Positions 18,271 to 27,278 of a stretch of DNA of 53,746 nucleotides are shown here, piece after piece. Position numbers and translations under genes: made by a program. A model generated the notes under the pieces. That model was not told the origin of the DNA and did no database searches. It saw only the letters and a program-made list of their open reading frames with translations. Numbering within the stretch: position 1 is the first letter of the stretch; each line of letters opens with the position of its first letter. The DNA comes from Streptosporangiaceae bacterium (GTDB lineage Bacteria > Actinomycetota > Actinomycetes > Streptosporangiales > Streptosporangiaceae). Location of the stretch: assembly GCA_030040155.1 (NCBI GenBank), contig JASHUG010000379.1:1-53746 (forward strand). Direction: 5' to 3'.

Positions 18271-19281
18271 TTGGCGGACATCGTGATCGGCATCGCCAGC
18301 TCGCACACGCCACAGCTCAGCTCCGGCGTGAACATGTGGCCCGATCACGCCGAGCGTGACCGGCGGAACCCGCGCCTGCTCGGCACCGACGCGCAGTACC
18401 ACGGCTATAACGAGCTGCTGGCGCTGGCCGGACCGGACATCGCGGCCGAGCTTGATCCCGCGGTCTGGGACGCCAAGTACGCCCGTTGCCAGCAGGCCAT
18501 CGCGGCGCTGGCCGAGCGGCTCGGCCGGGCGCACGCCGACGTGGCCCTCATCATCGGCGACGATCAGCGCGAGTTGTTCCTCGACGACGGCATTCCGGCG
18601 TTCGCCGTCTACGCGGGCGATGAACTGGTGGACATGCCGCCCGGTGGCCAGGCGCTGGACGCGATGCCAGCCGGGATCCGCGCGGCCGCATGGGCGGTCC
18701 ACGCCAACGACTCGCAGCGGCATCCGGTGGCCACGGATCTCAGCCTGCACATCGCGTCCGAACTTACCGCCGCCGAGTTCGACCTCACGCTCGTGCGGCA
18801 GCAGCCCGCTGACCGCAGTCTCGGGCACGCGTTTACCTTTCCCAGGTACCGGCTCGGGCTGCCGGCTACCACCCCGGTCGTGCCGGTGTTCGTCAACACC
18901 TACTACCCGCCGAACGTGCCCTCGGCCGCGCGCTGCCACGCGCTCGGCCAGGCGCTGCGGCATGCAGTGGAGAGCTGGCCGCACGACGCGCGCGTCGCGG
19001 TCATCGCCTCGGGTGGCCTGAGCCACTTCGTCGTCGACGAGAGCCTGGATCGCGGGGTACTGTCCGCGATCACCGGCGCCGACGCAGGCCACCTCCGCTC
19101 GCTCTCGCGCGCGCGACTGCGCTCGGGCAACTCCGAGATCCTGAACTGGATAGCGGCCGCGGGCACGCTGGAGGCCTTGACCGCGACCGTCGTCGACTAC
19201 GTGCCCGGATACCGCAGTCCGGCGGGCACCGGGGCGGGGATGGCCTTTGCGTCCTGGGAACTTCAGCCGCGGGAGGGATAG
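18271..19281 (+). CDS. class III (LigB-type) extradiol ring-cleavage dioxygenase
   Basis: 336 aa. IVIGIASSHTPQL...ALIIGDDQRELF...AVIASGGLSHFVVDE matches the LigB / protocatechuate 4,5- or gallate dioxygenase catalytic-subunit family. No separate LigA-like small subunit was seen. Confidence 0.75.
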   Translation: MADIVIGIASSHTPQLSSGVNMWPDHAERDRRNPRLLGTDAQYHGYNELLALAGPDIAAELDPAVWDAKYARCQQAIAALAERLGRAHADVALIIGDDQRELFLDDGIPAFAVYAGDELVDMPPGGQALDAMPAGIRAAAWAVHANDSQRHPVATDLSLHIASELTAAEFDLTLVRQQPADRSLGHAFTFPRYRLGLPATTPVVPVFVNTYYPPNVPSAARCHALGQALRHAVESWPHDARVAVIASGGLSHFVVDESLDRGVLSAITGADAGHLRSLSRARLRSGNSEILNWIAAAGTLEALTATVVDYVPGYRSPAGTGAGMAFASWELQPREG

Positions 19282-19283
19282 CT

Positions 19284-20303
19284 GTGTACCACGACATCCC
19301 GGTGTTCGATGTCCACGGCCACGTGTCGGTGCCGTTCGCCGCGAACTCGCTCGCCGTGCTCATGATGGGCTCGAACACCCCGATGCCCAGCCCGATCGGC
19401 CAGCCGGCCGCCGGGCCGGCCCAGGTCACCGTAGCGGACTTCAGGGCCGCGGCGGAGGACCACGTTCGGTACCTGGACGAGCGGCAGATTGACGTCCAGC
19501 TCATCGGCCCGCGGCCATTCCTGACCCTGGGCTGGATGGAGCCGCATCTGCTGCCCGCCTGGACCACGTACGTGAACGACATGATCTACCAGCAGTGCTC
19601 GTTCTTTCCGGACCGGTTCCTTGGTGCCTGCCAGCTCCCGCAGCTCAGCGACGCGGCTGACCTGTCAGGCTGCATCGGCGAGCTCAACCGGTGCGTGAGC
19701 GAGTACGGGTTCGCGGCGGCCTACGTATCCCCGGACCCGTCCGGGCGGCGCACGACTCCTGGTATGCACGAGCCGTACTGGTACCCGCTGTACGAGCGGT
19801 GCCAGGAACTGGACATCCCGATCATCGTGCACGGCACGAACTCACTGGACCCGAGGTACCGGGTCGTCCCGCACAACTACCAGCTGGGGTTCGTGACCGA
19901 GCAGTACCTGGCCGGGCAGTTCCTTAGCCACGGCGACGTGTTCGATCGCTTCGCTGGCCTGCGGGTGATCATCTGCCACTGCGGCGGCGCGCTGGACCGG
20001 TTCATCCCGTCCGACCACCACCTGGCCCAGAAGGATCTGAGCGCCAACCTGTTCTACGACACGTGCGCGTACGACCTGATCTTCCTGGAGGCCGCGATCA
20101 GGCAGCGCGGCGCCGATCGGATGCTGTTCGGCACCGAGGCCCCGGGTTCTGGCCGCGCGGTCCGGCCAGAAACGGGTCGTACCAGCGATGACCTGGTCCC
20201 GGTGATCGGCGGTCTCGGCTTCCTGTCCGAGCAGGATAAGAAGAAGATCTTCCATGAGAACCCGGTCCGTGTCGTTCCCGGGTTTGCCGGCCTCGGCCGC
20301 TGA
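19284..20303 (+). CDS. amidohydrolase-2 family (ACMSD/LigW-type decarboxylase or hydratase)
   Basis: The GTG start lies 2 nt after the upstream stop. PVFDVHGHVSVP...IPIIVHG...ICHCGGAL...FYDTCAY...LFGTEAPG are amidohydrolase_2 motifs. Confidence 0.75.
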   Translation: MYHDIPVFDVHGHVSVPFAANSLAVLMMGSNTPMPSPIGQPAAGPAQVTVADFRAAAEDHVRYLDERQIDVQLIGPRPFLTLGWMEPHLLPAWTTYVNDMIYQQCSFFPDRFLGACQLPQLSDAADLSGCIGELNRCVSEYGFAAAYVSPDPSGRRTTPGMHEPYWYPLYERCQELDIPIIVHGTNSLDPRYRVVPHNYQLGFVTEQYLAGQFLSHGDVFDRFAGLRVIICHCGGALDRFIPSDHHLAQKDLSANLFYDTCAYDLIFLEAAIRQRGADRMLFGTEAPGSGRAVRPETGRTSDDLVPVIGGLGFLSEQDKKKIFHENPVRVVPGFAGLGR

Positions 20304-20318
20304 GATGCGGGAGCGAGA

Positions 20319-21419
20319 ATGCGCGAGGATCCACGGGCGGAGGCGGTGGGCAGCCTGCTTCGGTCGGCGGAGGTTGTGCAGGCTGCAAGCGCGCCGGCCG
20401 GCGACGCGGACGCGGCCAGGGCACTGGATGCGGCCGCCCTCGACGCCATGCGACTGCAAGAGAACGCAGGCCTCGACGTCATCACCGACGGGGAGGTCCG
20501 GCGGACGTCGTGGGCCCAGACGCCGCGTTTCGTCGGCTGCTTCGAGGCCACGCCGGGCCGGGGGCAGCTGAACTGGCGAGGCGGCTCGGGCCAGCGCGGG
20601 CCCGCACCGGCGGGCGGCTACCCGGCCATCGTCCGCCGGGTCCCTGACGCGCCCAGAACTGGCAGCATGACCGACGAGTACGCCTTCCTCGCCCGGCACG
20701 CGCGCGGCCGGACCAAGTTCACGATGCCGGCGCCTAGCTACCACCGCAGGTACTGGTCTGCGGAGCACTCGACCGGCGCTTACCGCGACTGCGCCGAGTT
20801 CCTCAGCGACATCCGCGACTACCAGCGCGGTGTCGTCGCCGACCTCGTGGCGCTGGGCTGCGACTACATCCAGCTCGACGCACCCAACTACGGCTCGATC
20901 TGTGACCCGGACACGCGGGCCCAGATGCTGGCCCAGGGCCGCGACCCCGACGCCGAAACGATCTTCGACGCCGAGCTCGACAGCTCGCTGTTCGACGGCG
21001 TCGACGGCGTCACCAGGGCGCTGCACATCTGCCGCGGGAACGGCCCGGGCGGGATGTGGCACTCAGCCGGCGGCTACGGCGCCATCGCGGGCCTGCTGTT
21101 TCCGCGGCTCGAATTCGACCGGCTCCTGCTGGAGTACGACTCCGACCGGGCCGGATCGTTCGAGCCGCTGGCCGATGTCCGGCCGGGCACGGTCGTCGTT
21201 CTTGGCCTGCTCACCACCAAGTCCGATCAGCTCGACGACAGCGCGGCGATCGAGGCCAGAATCAGCGAGGCCGCCCGGCTCAAGCCGCTGGCCGAACTCG
21301 CGCTGAGCACCCAGTGCGGGTTCGCGTCGGTTCCGGTCGCCAATCCGGTGTCGGCCGCAGGGCAGCAGGCCAAGCTCGAGCTCGTGGCCAGGACCGCCGA
21401 CCGCATCTGGCCACCCTGA
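20319..21419 (+). CDS. cobalamin-independent methionine synthase C-terminal-like (MetE-C / UROD superfamily) Zn-dependent alkyltransferase
   Basis: 366 aa. ITDGEVRRTSW, IQLDAPNY, the LHICRGN (His-x-Cys) motif and LSTQCGFAS (Cys) match the MetE catalytic-domain zinc ligand pattern. Confidence 0.7.
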   Translation: MREDPRAEAVGSLLRSAEVVQAASAPAGDADAARALDAAALDAMRLQENAGLDVITDGEVRRTSWAQTPRFVGCFEATPGRGQLNWRGGSGQRGPAPAGGYPAIVRRVPDAPRTGSMTDEYAFLARHARGRTKFTMPAPSYHRRYWSAEHSTGAYRDCAEFLSDIRDYQRGVVADLVALGCDYIQLDAPNYGSICDPDTRAQMLAQGRDPDAETIFDAELDSSLFDGVDGVTRALHICRGNGPGGMWHSAGGYGAIAGLLFPRLEFDRLLLEYDSDRAGSFEPLADVRPGTVVVLGLLTTKSDQLDDSAAIEARISEAARLKPLAELALSTQCGFASVPVANPVSAAGQQAKLELVARTADRIWPP

Positions 21420-21471
21420 TCTGACCTCCAGCGCGGACCGCGGCCGCCATCCGGGGATGGTGCTGGGGCAG

Positions 21472-22251
21472 TCACGCGGCCGGGTCCTGCCCGTCATAAC
21501 GGTGATAGAGGTAGGGAAGCGAACTCATCTCGTTGGCCCGCATGTTGGCGATGACGAAGCTCCGGAATGATGGGCGGAACACCTGGAGAGCCGCGAACCT
21601 CACCATGCTCATGTTCCAGCTCGCGTGGTTGATGAAGGCAAACGGAGTGCTGTCCGGTTCGAGGGGGGCCATGACCTCGGAGTTGGTCAGCCCGGTCTCC
21701 TCCTGATACCAGCCGGCCAGATAGTCCCAGACGGTGAGCGCAGCGTCGTTCGCGGTCAGGAAGTGGTTGAACAGGTGCAGCCGGCCGACGGCGGGGACGT
21801 CCCCTATGCGGCGGACGTTGCGCGCTTGAGTGACCGTCAGCCGGCCCGCTTGCTCCTGCAGTACCTCAAGCAAGCGCTGAAAGGAGGGATCAGCCGTGAC
21901 GGGCGCCAGGTCAGCGATCGTTGCCGTCTTGATCAGCACGATGACGTCGTAGCGGCCGACCGCGTCCCGGTAGCGCTCGGGCGTCGGCTGCGGCGTAAAG
22001 CCTGCGACAGTGAACAAGTCGGCCGAGAGAGTCTCGGCGCGACCAGCGAGGTCGCGGGTGAGCGGGCTGAGCGCGTCCAGCGCCCGGCTCCGCGCCGGCC
22101 TTGCCCCGGCCGGGCCTGGCCTGCGAGGCGGATCGATCTCGGCCGCGATGTGGACGTAGCCGCTGGGGCTCGGCTCGACGAGCGCGGCCGGCTGGTAGCG
22201 ATCACGTGGGTTGACGATCCGTGGCTGCTGCATGACGTAGACTTTAGTCAA
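21472..22251 (-). CDS. hypothetical protein (no family recognised)
   Basis: 259 aa with consistent G/C third-position bias, divergent from marR. Starts at TTG 22251 or ATG 22233. No TM segment or signal peptide. Confidence 0.55.
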   Translation of the reverse strand: MTKVYVMQQPRIVNPRDRYQPAALVEPSPSGYVHIAAEIDPPRRPGPAGARPARSRALDALSPLTRDLAGRAETLSADLFTVAGFTPQPTPERYRDAVGRYDVIVLIKTATIADLAPVTADPSFQRLLEVLQEQAGRLTVTQARNVRRIGDVPAVGRLHLFNHFLTANDAALTVWDYLAGWYQEETGLTNSEVMAPLEPDSTPFAFINHASWNMSMVRFAALQVFRPSFRSFVIANMRANEMSSLPYLYHRYDGQDPAA

Positions 22252-22265
22252 GCCGATTAGAAAGT

Positions 22266-22277
22266 CAAGTTAACTTG
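22266..22277. promoter_or_regulatory. perfect 12-bp palindrome, candidate MarR operator
   Basis: CAAGTTAACTTG at 22266..22277 overlaps the marR TTG start. AGTCAAG is repeated directly at 22246..22252 and 22263..22269. The local DNA is AT-rich. Confidence 0.35.
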
Positions 22278-22733
22278 AATAAAGTAGAGCCGTACGTCGC
22301 TCGCCTCGCGCCGCTCCTGCCGCAGCTCGTGCTCGCCTATCAGCGCCGCGGTGAGGTCCCCGACGTGCTGCGCCGAGCGGGAGCTCTTGGCCAGCGGCAC
22401 GTAGGCGCTCTGATCACGCTGGCGATCGGAGGGCCGCAGAGCGTTTCCGAGCTTGCGCAGCGGACCGAGATGACGATTGCGCACGCGAGCCTGGTGGTGG
22501 GTGAGCTGGCAAGGGCAGGCCTGGTTGAGCGCGAACACGATCAGCAGGACCGGCGCCGGATTATCGTCTCGCTGTCCGCTACGGCCAAGCCGGTAGTTGC
22601 CCAGATGCGCCGCCGGTTCGCCGAGCCTGTCGTCCGCTTCCTGAGCGACCTGGGGGAGGGCGAAGCAGACGCGTTCATCGCTAACTTCGCCCGGCTGCTC
22701 GGCTATCTGCGCGACGAGCTACCTGCAAGCTAG
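22275..22733 (+). CDS. MarR family transcriptional regulator
   Basis: 152 aa. Winged-HTH LITLAIGGPQSVSELAQRTEMTIAHASLVVGELARAGLVEREHDQQDRRRIIVSLS. Confidence 0.85.
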   Translation: MNKVEPYVARLAPLLPQLVLAYQRRGEVPDVLRRAGALGQRHVGALITLAIGGPQSVSELAQRTEMTIAHASLVVGELARAGLVEREHDQQDRRRIIVSLSATAKPVVAQMRRRFAEPVVRFLSDLGEGEADAFIANFARLLGYLRDELPAS

Positions 22734-22737
22734 CGTT

Positions 22738-23274
22738 TCAGCCTTCGAACAAGTCGGTGAGCTCGTCCGCGTGGTCTTCTTCCTCCTTGAGGATCTCTTC
22801 GATAAGCCGGCGGGAGGTGATGTCGGAGTCCCCGAGCCAGCGGATGATCTCGGTGTATGCCTCGATGACGATGCGTTCAGCAACGAGGTTCTCGCGGATC
22901 ATCCCCTGCAGGTCGTTATCGTCGTTGGGGGCAAAGTACTCGGTGTGGGCGCGTTCCATCATCGTGGCGGGGTTCATATCGGGCGAGCCGCCGAGCTGGT
23001 TGATGCGATCAGATACGCGCTGGAAATGCCCGAGTTCTTCGGCTGCGTGATTCTGGAACAGGCTGGCGACCTGTTCGCGGTCGATGCCCTGAGCGATGAT
23101 CGCGTTCTGGGTGTAGCGCAGGTAACACACCATCTCACTGGCGAGTACCTGGTTGAGCACCGTGATGACGCGGTCGACATCGGTGGTGTTGGACGGAGTC
23201 ACCGGCCCCTGCATGAGGTGCTGGCGGGCCTCTTGCCGAATGTGGCTGATGTCGATAGCGAAGGTGTTGCGCAC
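22738..23274 (-). CDS. ferritin-like / bacterioferritin-like di-iron protein
   Basis: Trimmed to GTG 23274, preceded by GGGGGGA. The paired Glu/His motifs AAEELGHFQRVSDRI and EEEDHADEL fit a four-helix-bundle ferritin-like pattern. Confidence 0.75.
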   Translation of the reverse strand: MRNTFAIDISHIRQEARQHLMQGPVTPSNTTDVDRVITVLNQVLASEMVCYLRYTQNAIIAQGIDREQVASLFQNHAAEELGHFQRVSDRINQLGGSPDMNPATMMERAHTEYFAPNDDNDLQGMIRENLVAERIVIEAYTEIIRWLGDSDITSRRLIEEILKEEEDHADELTDLFEG

Positions 23275-23501
23275 TAGTCCCCCCGAGAGTAGCCGCTTGG
23301 TCCGGCTCGGACTCGCGGGCGGCAGGCTGATGCCCTCCTGCGGCCCAAGCCGCGGCCGTGGCGGAACGATTCCCCCCGAGCCGGGGGGCAAACGTCCACG
23401 GCTGGGCCGCGGCAAGGCTCCTGGTCTCCCTGACGGGCTCAGGACGGCGACCAGCCGTCCTGGCGCCCCTGCGGCCAGGACGGCTGGTCAGCGGGTCGGT
23501 G

Positions 23502-24725
23502 TCACCAGGCCGAGGCGTCCTGGCCCGAGATACCGGACGTGGACGGGCTGGGGAACCCTGGCAGGGGCGCGAATCCGTAGTCGGATACCCGGCCGAAGCT
23601 GAAGCATGAGGCGAGCAGGTTCGTCCCGGCGGGCGCAAGCGAGAGGACTCTGCACTCCTCGTCGAGCAATTCGGCACTACCCTGCATGCCTGGCGTGGCT
23701 CCGTGCACGATCTGGGTGCTGAGGATGCGGACCAGCTTGCCGGTCCGCGCCGACACCTCCACGATCCGGGCGATCACGGTGATGCGATTGCCGTCCGGGA
23801 TGTTCGTAACGGTGCTGCCAATGACCATGCTGCCGTTGGCCGTCACTAGCGCTTCGGGGAGGACTCCCCGCGGCGCCGGAGGCGAGGCGATTGCGCGTGC
23901 CGCGAGCAGGTTGCCGCCCTGGCCCGTCACGTTCAGAAGCCGGTATTGCCGGCCCGACAAGAAGGCGACGGTCGAGTCGCCCGCCCAGGACACGAAGCTC
24001 AGCCAGGTGGCTGGCCGCATTGTCCAGGTGCGCACCGCACGATTGGCGAGCGTCACAATGATCAGGCCGGTGTGACAGCGGTCCTGCTGACATGGGATCT
24101 CTGCGATGGCGAGCCTGGTGCCATCGGGCGACAGGGCCACGTCCCCGGTTTCGGTGGTGCCCGGCAAGCTGATCGGCAGCTTGGTCAGCCGGGCCGAACG
24201 GCCGTCGGGGGCCAGCCTCAGCAGGTAGAACCAGGCCACATTGTGGTCCGTGCCGAGTCCGCCGGTCTCGGTGATGACGAACGTGCGGTCGTCGTTGGCT
24301 CCGCTGATGGTAGGTCCGACCACCTCGCCGCCGATCGCCAGCGTCGGCACATCAATCCTGGTTAGGGCGCGGCCGGTGGCGGAGCTGTGCACCACCGCCA
24401 CGGTGATGATGCCGCGGTGATCGGTATAGCTCTGATACAGCGTGACGTAGTAGGGCGGCATCCCGGCTGGCAGCGAGGCGGGCGCTGATGGCGTCGGCGG
24501 TGCGAATGCCAGCTTTGGCTCGCGGCCGGGATTGTGTGCACCCACCAGCGATACGCCGGCGACGACGGCCATGACCGCGACGACCGAGGCAGCTGGCGCC
24601 AGCCAGCGCGCGGTCTGCGATCTCCTGCGTACCGGCACCAGCCGGGGTCCGCGGATGGTGTCGGGCCGCGCGCGGTCGGCGAACTTGCCGAGGTCGCGGC
24701 GCAGCCTGTCTTCGAGCTGGGTCAT
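23502..24725 (-). CDS. membrane-anchored beta-propeller-like protein, putative anti-sigma/sensor partner of ECF locus 2
   Basis: Starts 4 nt after the sigma stop. N-terminal helix MTQLEDRLRRDLGKF, one TM segment (WLAPAASVVAVMAVVAGVSLVGA), then about 330 aa of beta-rich repeats (TolB/WD40-like by eye). Confidence 0.65.
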   Translation of the reverse strand: MTQLEDRLRRDLGKFADRARPDTIRGPRLVPVRRRSQTARWLAPAASVVAVMAVVAGVSLVGAHNPGREPKLAFAPPTPSAPASLPAGMPPYYVTLYQSYTDHRGIITVAVVHSSATGRALTRIDVPTLAIGGEVVGPTISGANDDRTFVITETGGLGTDHNVAWFYLLRLAPDGRSARLTKLPISLPGTTETGDVALSPDGTRLAIAEIPCQQDRCHTGLIIVTLANRAVRTWTMRPATWLSFVSWAGDSTVAFLSGRQYRLLNVTGQGGNLLAARAIASPPAPRGVLPEALVTANGSMVIGSTVTNIPDGNRITVIARIVEVSARTGKLVRILSTQIVHGATPGMQGSAELLDEECRVLSLAPAGTNLLASCFSFGRVSDYGFAPLPGFPSPSTSGISGQDASAW

Positions 24726-24729
24726 CGGT

Positions 24730-25296
24730 TCAGTCCTCCCCGAGTGTGCGGGCCAGCGTCGCTAGGGCCCGGCTGAGCGTCGTTCGTACCGCGCCTGGCG
24801 TGATGCCCATCGTCCCGGCTATCTCGGCCGCGTCCAGGTCGGCGTAGTAACGGAGCACGACGGCCTCGCGCTGGCGGCGGCTCAGCGACTGCAGCGCCGC
24901 AATCACCGCGCCGCTGTCGTCGACCGCCGCGATGGCATCCGGCGAGCCAGCCCCTGGAGCCTCGGCCAGCCTCGGACTGTACTTGCGCGCGGCCGCGGCC
25001 CGGCGACGGACCGACCGGCAGCCGTTGAGCACGCAGGATCGCACGTAGGCTAGGCCGCTGGCTTGCTTGCGCAGCCCGTGCCGACCGCGGTGGAGTTGCT
25101 CGAACGCATCCTGAACCACATCCTCGGCGGTAGCCAGGTCGCCGACCATCACCAGCGCCAGCCGCACAAGCTCGAGCCAATGATCGCGGAACAGGTCCTG
25201 CACTGGCACGGCAGCCTCGCCGAGCCTTGCGCAGGCGGCATCCGCCCGCTCCCGGGCGCCGGCCGGGCCGTCGATCCGCGTTTCTTCTGCCGCCAT
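24730..25296 (-). CDS. ECF-type RNA polymerase sigma-70 factor (locus 2)
   Basis: Trimmed to ATG 25296. Region 2 DLATAEDVVQDAFEQL...LAYVRSCVLN and region 4 LSRRQREAVVLRYYADLDAAEIAGTMGITPGAVRTTLSRA. Confidence 0.85.
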   Translation of the reverse strand: MAAEETRIDGPAGARERADAACARLGEAAVPVQDLFRDHWLELVRLALVMVGDLATAEDVVQDAFEQLHRGRHGLRKQASGLAYVRSCVLNGCRSVRRRAAAARKYSPRLAEAPGAGSPDAIAAVDDSGAVIAALQSLSRRQREAVVLRYYADLDAAEIAGTMGITPGAVRTTLSRALATLARTLGED

Positions 25297-25475
25297 CGCG
25301 TCGTTCACACTAAAGAGACGCCTGGCGCCGGGCGAGCGCACCGGTCATCGAGGACAAGCTTCTGGCCGGCAAGCTGCCTCGGACGGCCATCTGGCGCGCC
25401 GAAGTCCTTGGCACCGCACCGCGCCCGGCGCGACCCTGACTGTCTCAGGTGGACCGCTCTGGCGACTGTGCCGAT

Positions 25476-26117
25476 CTACTCGCGGCCAACCCAGGTGGCG
25501 ACGCATGCCTCATTACCCTCCGGGTCGGCCAGGATCCACCACATCGGCGCGTGCCGGTCGGAGACCAGGTGGCCGCCGGCCGCCAGGGCGTCGGAGATCC
25601 GGGCCTCGGCCTGGTCATGAGGAACGGCGATGTCGATATGCATGCGGTTACGCTGCGGGCGCTCGACATCCATTCGCTGGAACTCAAAGCACAGGCCTCG
25701 CCCCAGCGGGTCGAACAGGTAATCATCGCCGATCTGGCCGTAACCGAGCAGGGCACGCCAGAATGGCAGCACGTCTGCGGGGACGATCGCGTCGATCGTG
25801 ACGTGGATGTGCTGGACGGCGGTCGGATCCGCCACGGTGCCCAGCGCCCGCGCGGCAGCCGAGATCTGGCGGGCTAGCGCGATATCGCGGGTCTTCAGGC
25901 TGACTGTGACGCTGGTGTTTCGAAGATCGACGCTGAGATCCTGCCCGGCATCGGCGAGCCGGCCGATCTCGTCAACGAGGGCGACGCCTTTCGCAAGTGA
26001 GCCGGTCCGGAAGTGAGCCGAGACCAGGTGATAGAGGGCGCGCCACTCGTCCACGCCCGCTGCTGCGTGGAACTGCCCGGCTGTGATCGGCTCAGTCACG
26101 TCCGGACAAGCTAACAC
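25476..26117 (-). CDS. pterin-4a-carbinolamine-dehydratase-like domain fused to a VOC/glyoxalase-like domain
   Basis: The N-terminal ~95 aa (WRALYHLVSAHFRTGSLAKGVALVDEIGRLAD...VTVSLKT) are PCD-like. The C-terminal ~110 aa (FWRALLGY...NRMHIDIAVPHDQAE...ADPEGNEACV) are glyoxalase-like. The start is uncertain (GTG 26117 or GTG 26099). Confidence 0.6.
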   Translation of the reverse strand: MLACPDVTEPITAGQFHAAAGVDEWRALYHLVSAHFRTGSLAKGVALVDEIGRLADAGQDLSVDLRNTSVTVSLKTRDIALARQISAAARALGTVADPTAVQHIHVTIDAIVPADVLPFWRALLGYGQIGDDYLFDPLGRGLCFEFQRMDVERPQRNRMHIDIAVPHDQAEARISDALAAGGHLVSDRHAPMWWILADPEGNEACVATWVGRE

Positions 26118-26210
26118 ACGGCTCTTCGAATGTGAGAGGGCCGGTCACCCTCGCACCCAATCGCCAATAATGTCGATAGCTGCAGGAGCCATTTCGTCCG
26201 GAGGGACCTG

Positions 26211-27278
26211 ATGAGGCGATTGATAGCGGGGGCCGCTGCAGCGCTGGCTGCAGTGGGCGGATTGGCCGCGTCAGGATCGGCGCAGGCGAGCAGCGATGGC
26301 TGGTATCCCGTGTACCAGGTGAACACGTCCGGAGCCTTCACGGAGATCGCCACCGTTAGCAAGACCGACATGTGGATGGTGGGCGACGCCTGGAACAAGA
26401 AGGGCGCCTTCGTCTACCGGCCGCTCATCCGGCACTATGCGGGCAGTAACTGGAAGACCGTCACGATACCTGGCTCCCCGCGGTTCGAGTCTCTCGGCGT
26501 GTCGGCATCCGCGGCAAACAACGTCTGGATCTTCGGCGAAACCTCGAGCCCGCTGTTCGACACTGTGATGTACCGCTATGACGGCTCGCACTGGCACAAG
26601 ATTCCGTTGCTCGCCGACTCGTCGCTGTCGGGTCCCGCCGTCGCGCTCAGCCCTCGCAATGCCTGGGCAATCGGGTCATGCTCCGACAGCTTCGTGCGAG
26701 GCTGCGGCCTCTCCGATACGGTCTTCCGCTGGAATGGCTCGAGGTGGCAGGGTTATGGCCTCGACCATGGCGATGTGGTGGCGTGGTCGATATCCGCGTC
26801 AACGGCGACCAATGTCTGGATCGCGGGCACCGAGCAGGCGGGTAAGGTCCAGCGTGCGGTTGCTTACCGCTGGAACGGCAGCAGATGGCGGAATGCCGGC
26901 ATGCCTGCCGTGCGCCTGCCCAGCGCGGACGCGCCGACGGTCACGGTCTTTTCCCCGGCCAACGTCTGGGTTGGCTGGCAGACTGATTCCGGGTTCTACG
27001 CAGCGCACTGGAACGGTCAGCGTTGGCGCACGCTGACTCCGCCCGCCGAACTCGGCGCCGACACGAGCAACATCGTTCCGGACGGGGAGGGCGGCTACTG
27101 GTTCGGCCCATTCGCGATCCTGACCGGCAACGCCTGGACCAGCGAGCCGGCTGGCGAGATCGCCGAGGGCAGTTTCGGCGGAGTGGTCCGCATCCCCGGC
27201 ACCGAGTCCTTCCTGATGACCGGCTGCGCATTGATCTCGTCAATCTGCAAGCCGAGGCTCTACCGCTTCGACCTCTAG
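26211..27278 (+). CDS. secreted repeat protein (beta-propeller-like)
   Basis: RBS GGAGGG and signal peptide MRRLIAGAAAALAAVGGLAASGSAQA. There are five spaced repeats of the type Y(R/H)(W/Y)(N/D)GS(R/H/N)W: HYAGSNWKTV, YRYDGSHWHKI, FRWNGSRWQGY, YRWNGSRWRNA, AHWNGQRWRTL. Confidence 0.65.
   Translation: MRRLIAGAAAALAAVGGLAASGSAQASSDGWYPVYQVNTSGAFTEIATVSKTDMWMVGDAWNKKGAFVYRPLIRHYAGSNWKTVTIPGSPRFESLGVSASAANNVWIFGETSSPLFDTVMYRYDGSHWHKIPLLADSSLSGPAVALSPRNAWAIGSCSDSFVRGCGLSDTVFRWNGSRWQGYGLDHGDVVAWSISASTATNVWIAGTEQAGKVQRAVAYRWNGSRWRNAGMPAVRLPSADAPTVTVFSPANVWVGWQTDSGFYAAHWNGQRWRTLTPPAELGADTSNIVPDGEGGYWFGPFAILTGNAWTSEPAGEIAEGSFGGVVRIPGTESFLMTGCALISSICKPRLYRFDL

Noticed and set aside
16999-19092. 697-aa minus-strand ORF
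   Set aside because: It is antisense to the hydrolase-cupin fusion and the LigB-type dioxygenase, both of which have clear family motifs. The translation is Arg/Gly/Asp-rich with no motifs.
19842-21062. 406-aa minus-strand ORF; the plus-strand ORF 16347..17543 is a similar case
   Set aside because: Both overlap motif-bearing genes on the opposite strand (amidohydrolase-2 and MetE-like; TetR and hydrolase-cupin) and have low-complexity translations.
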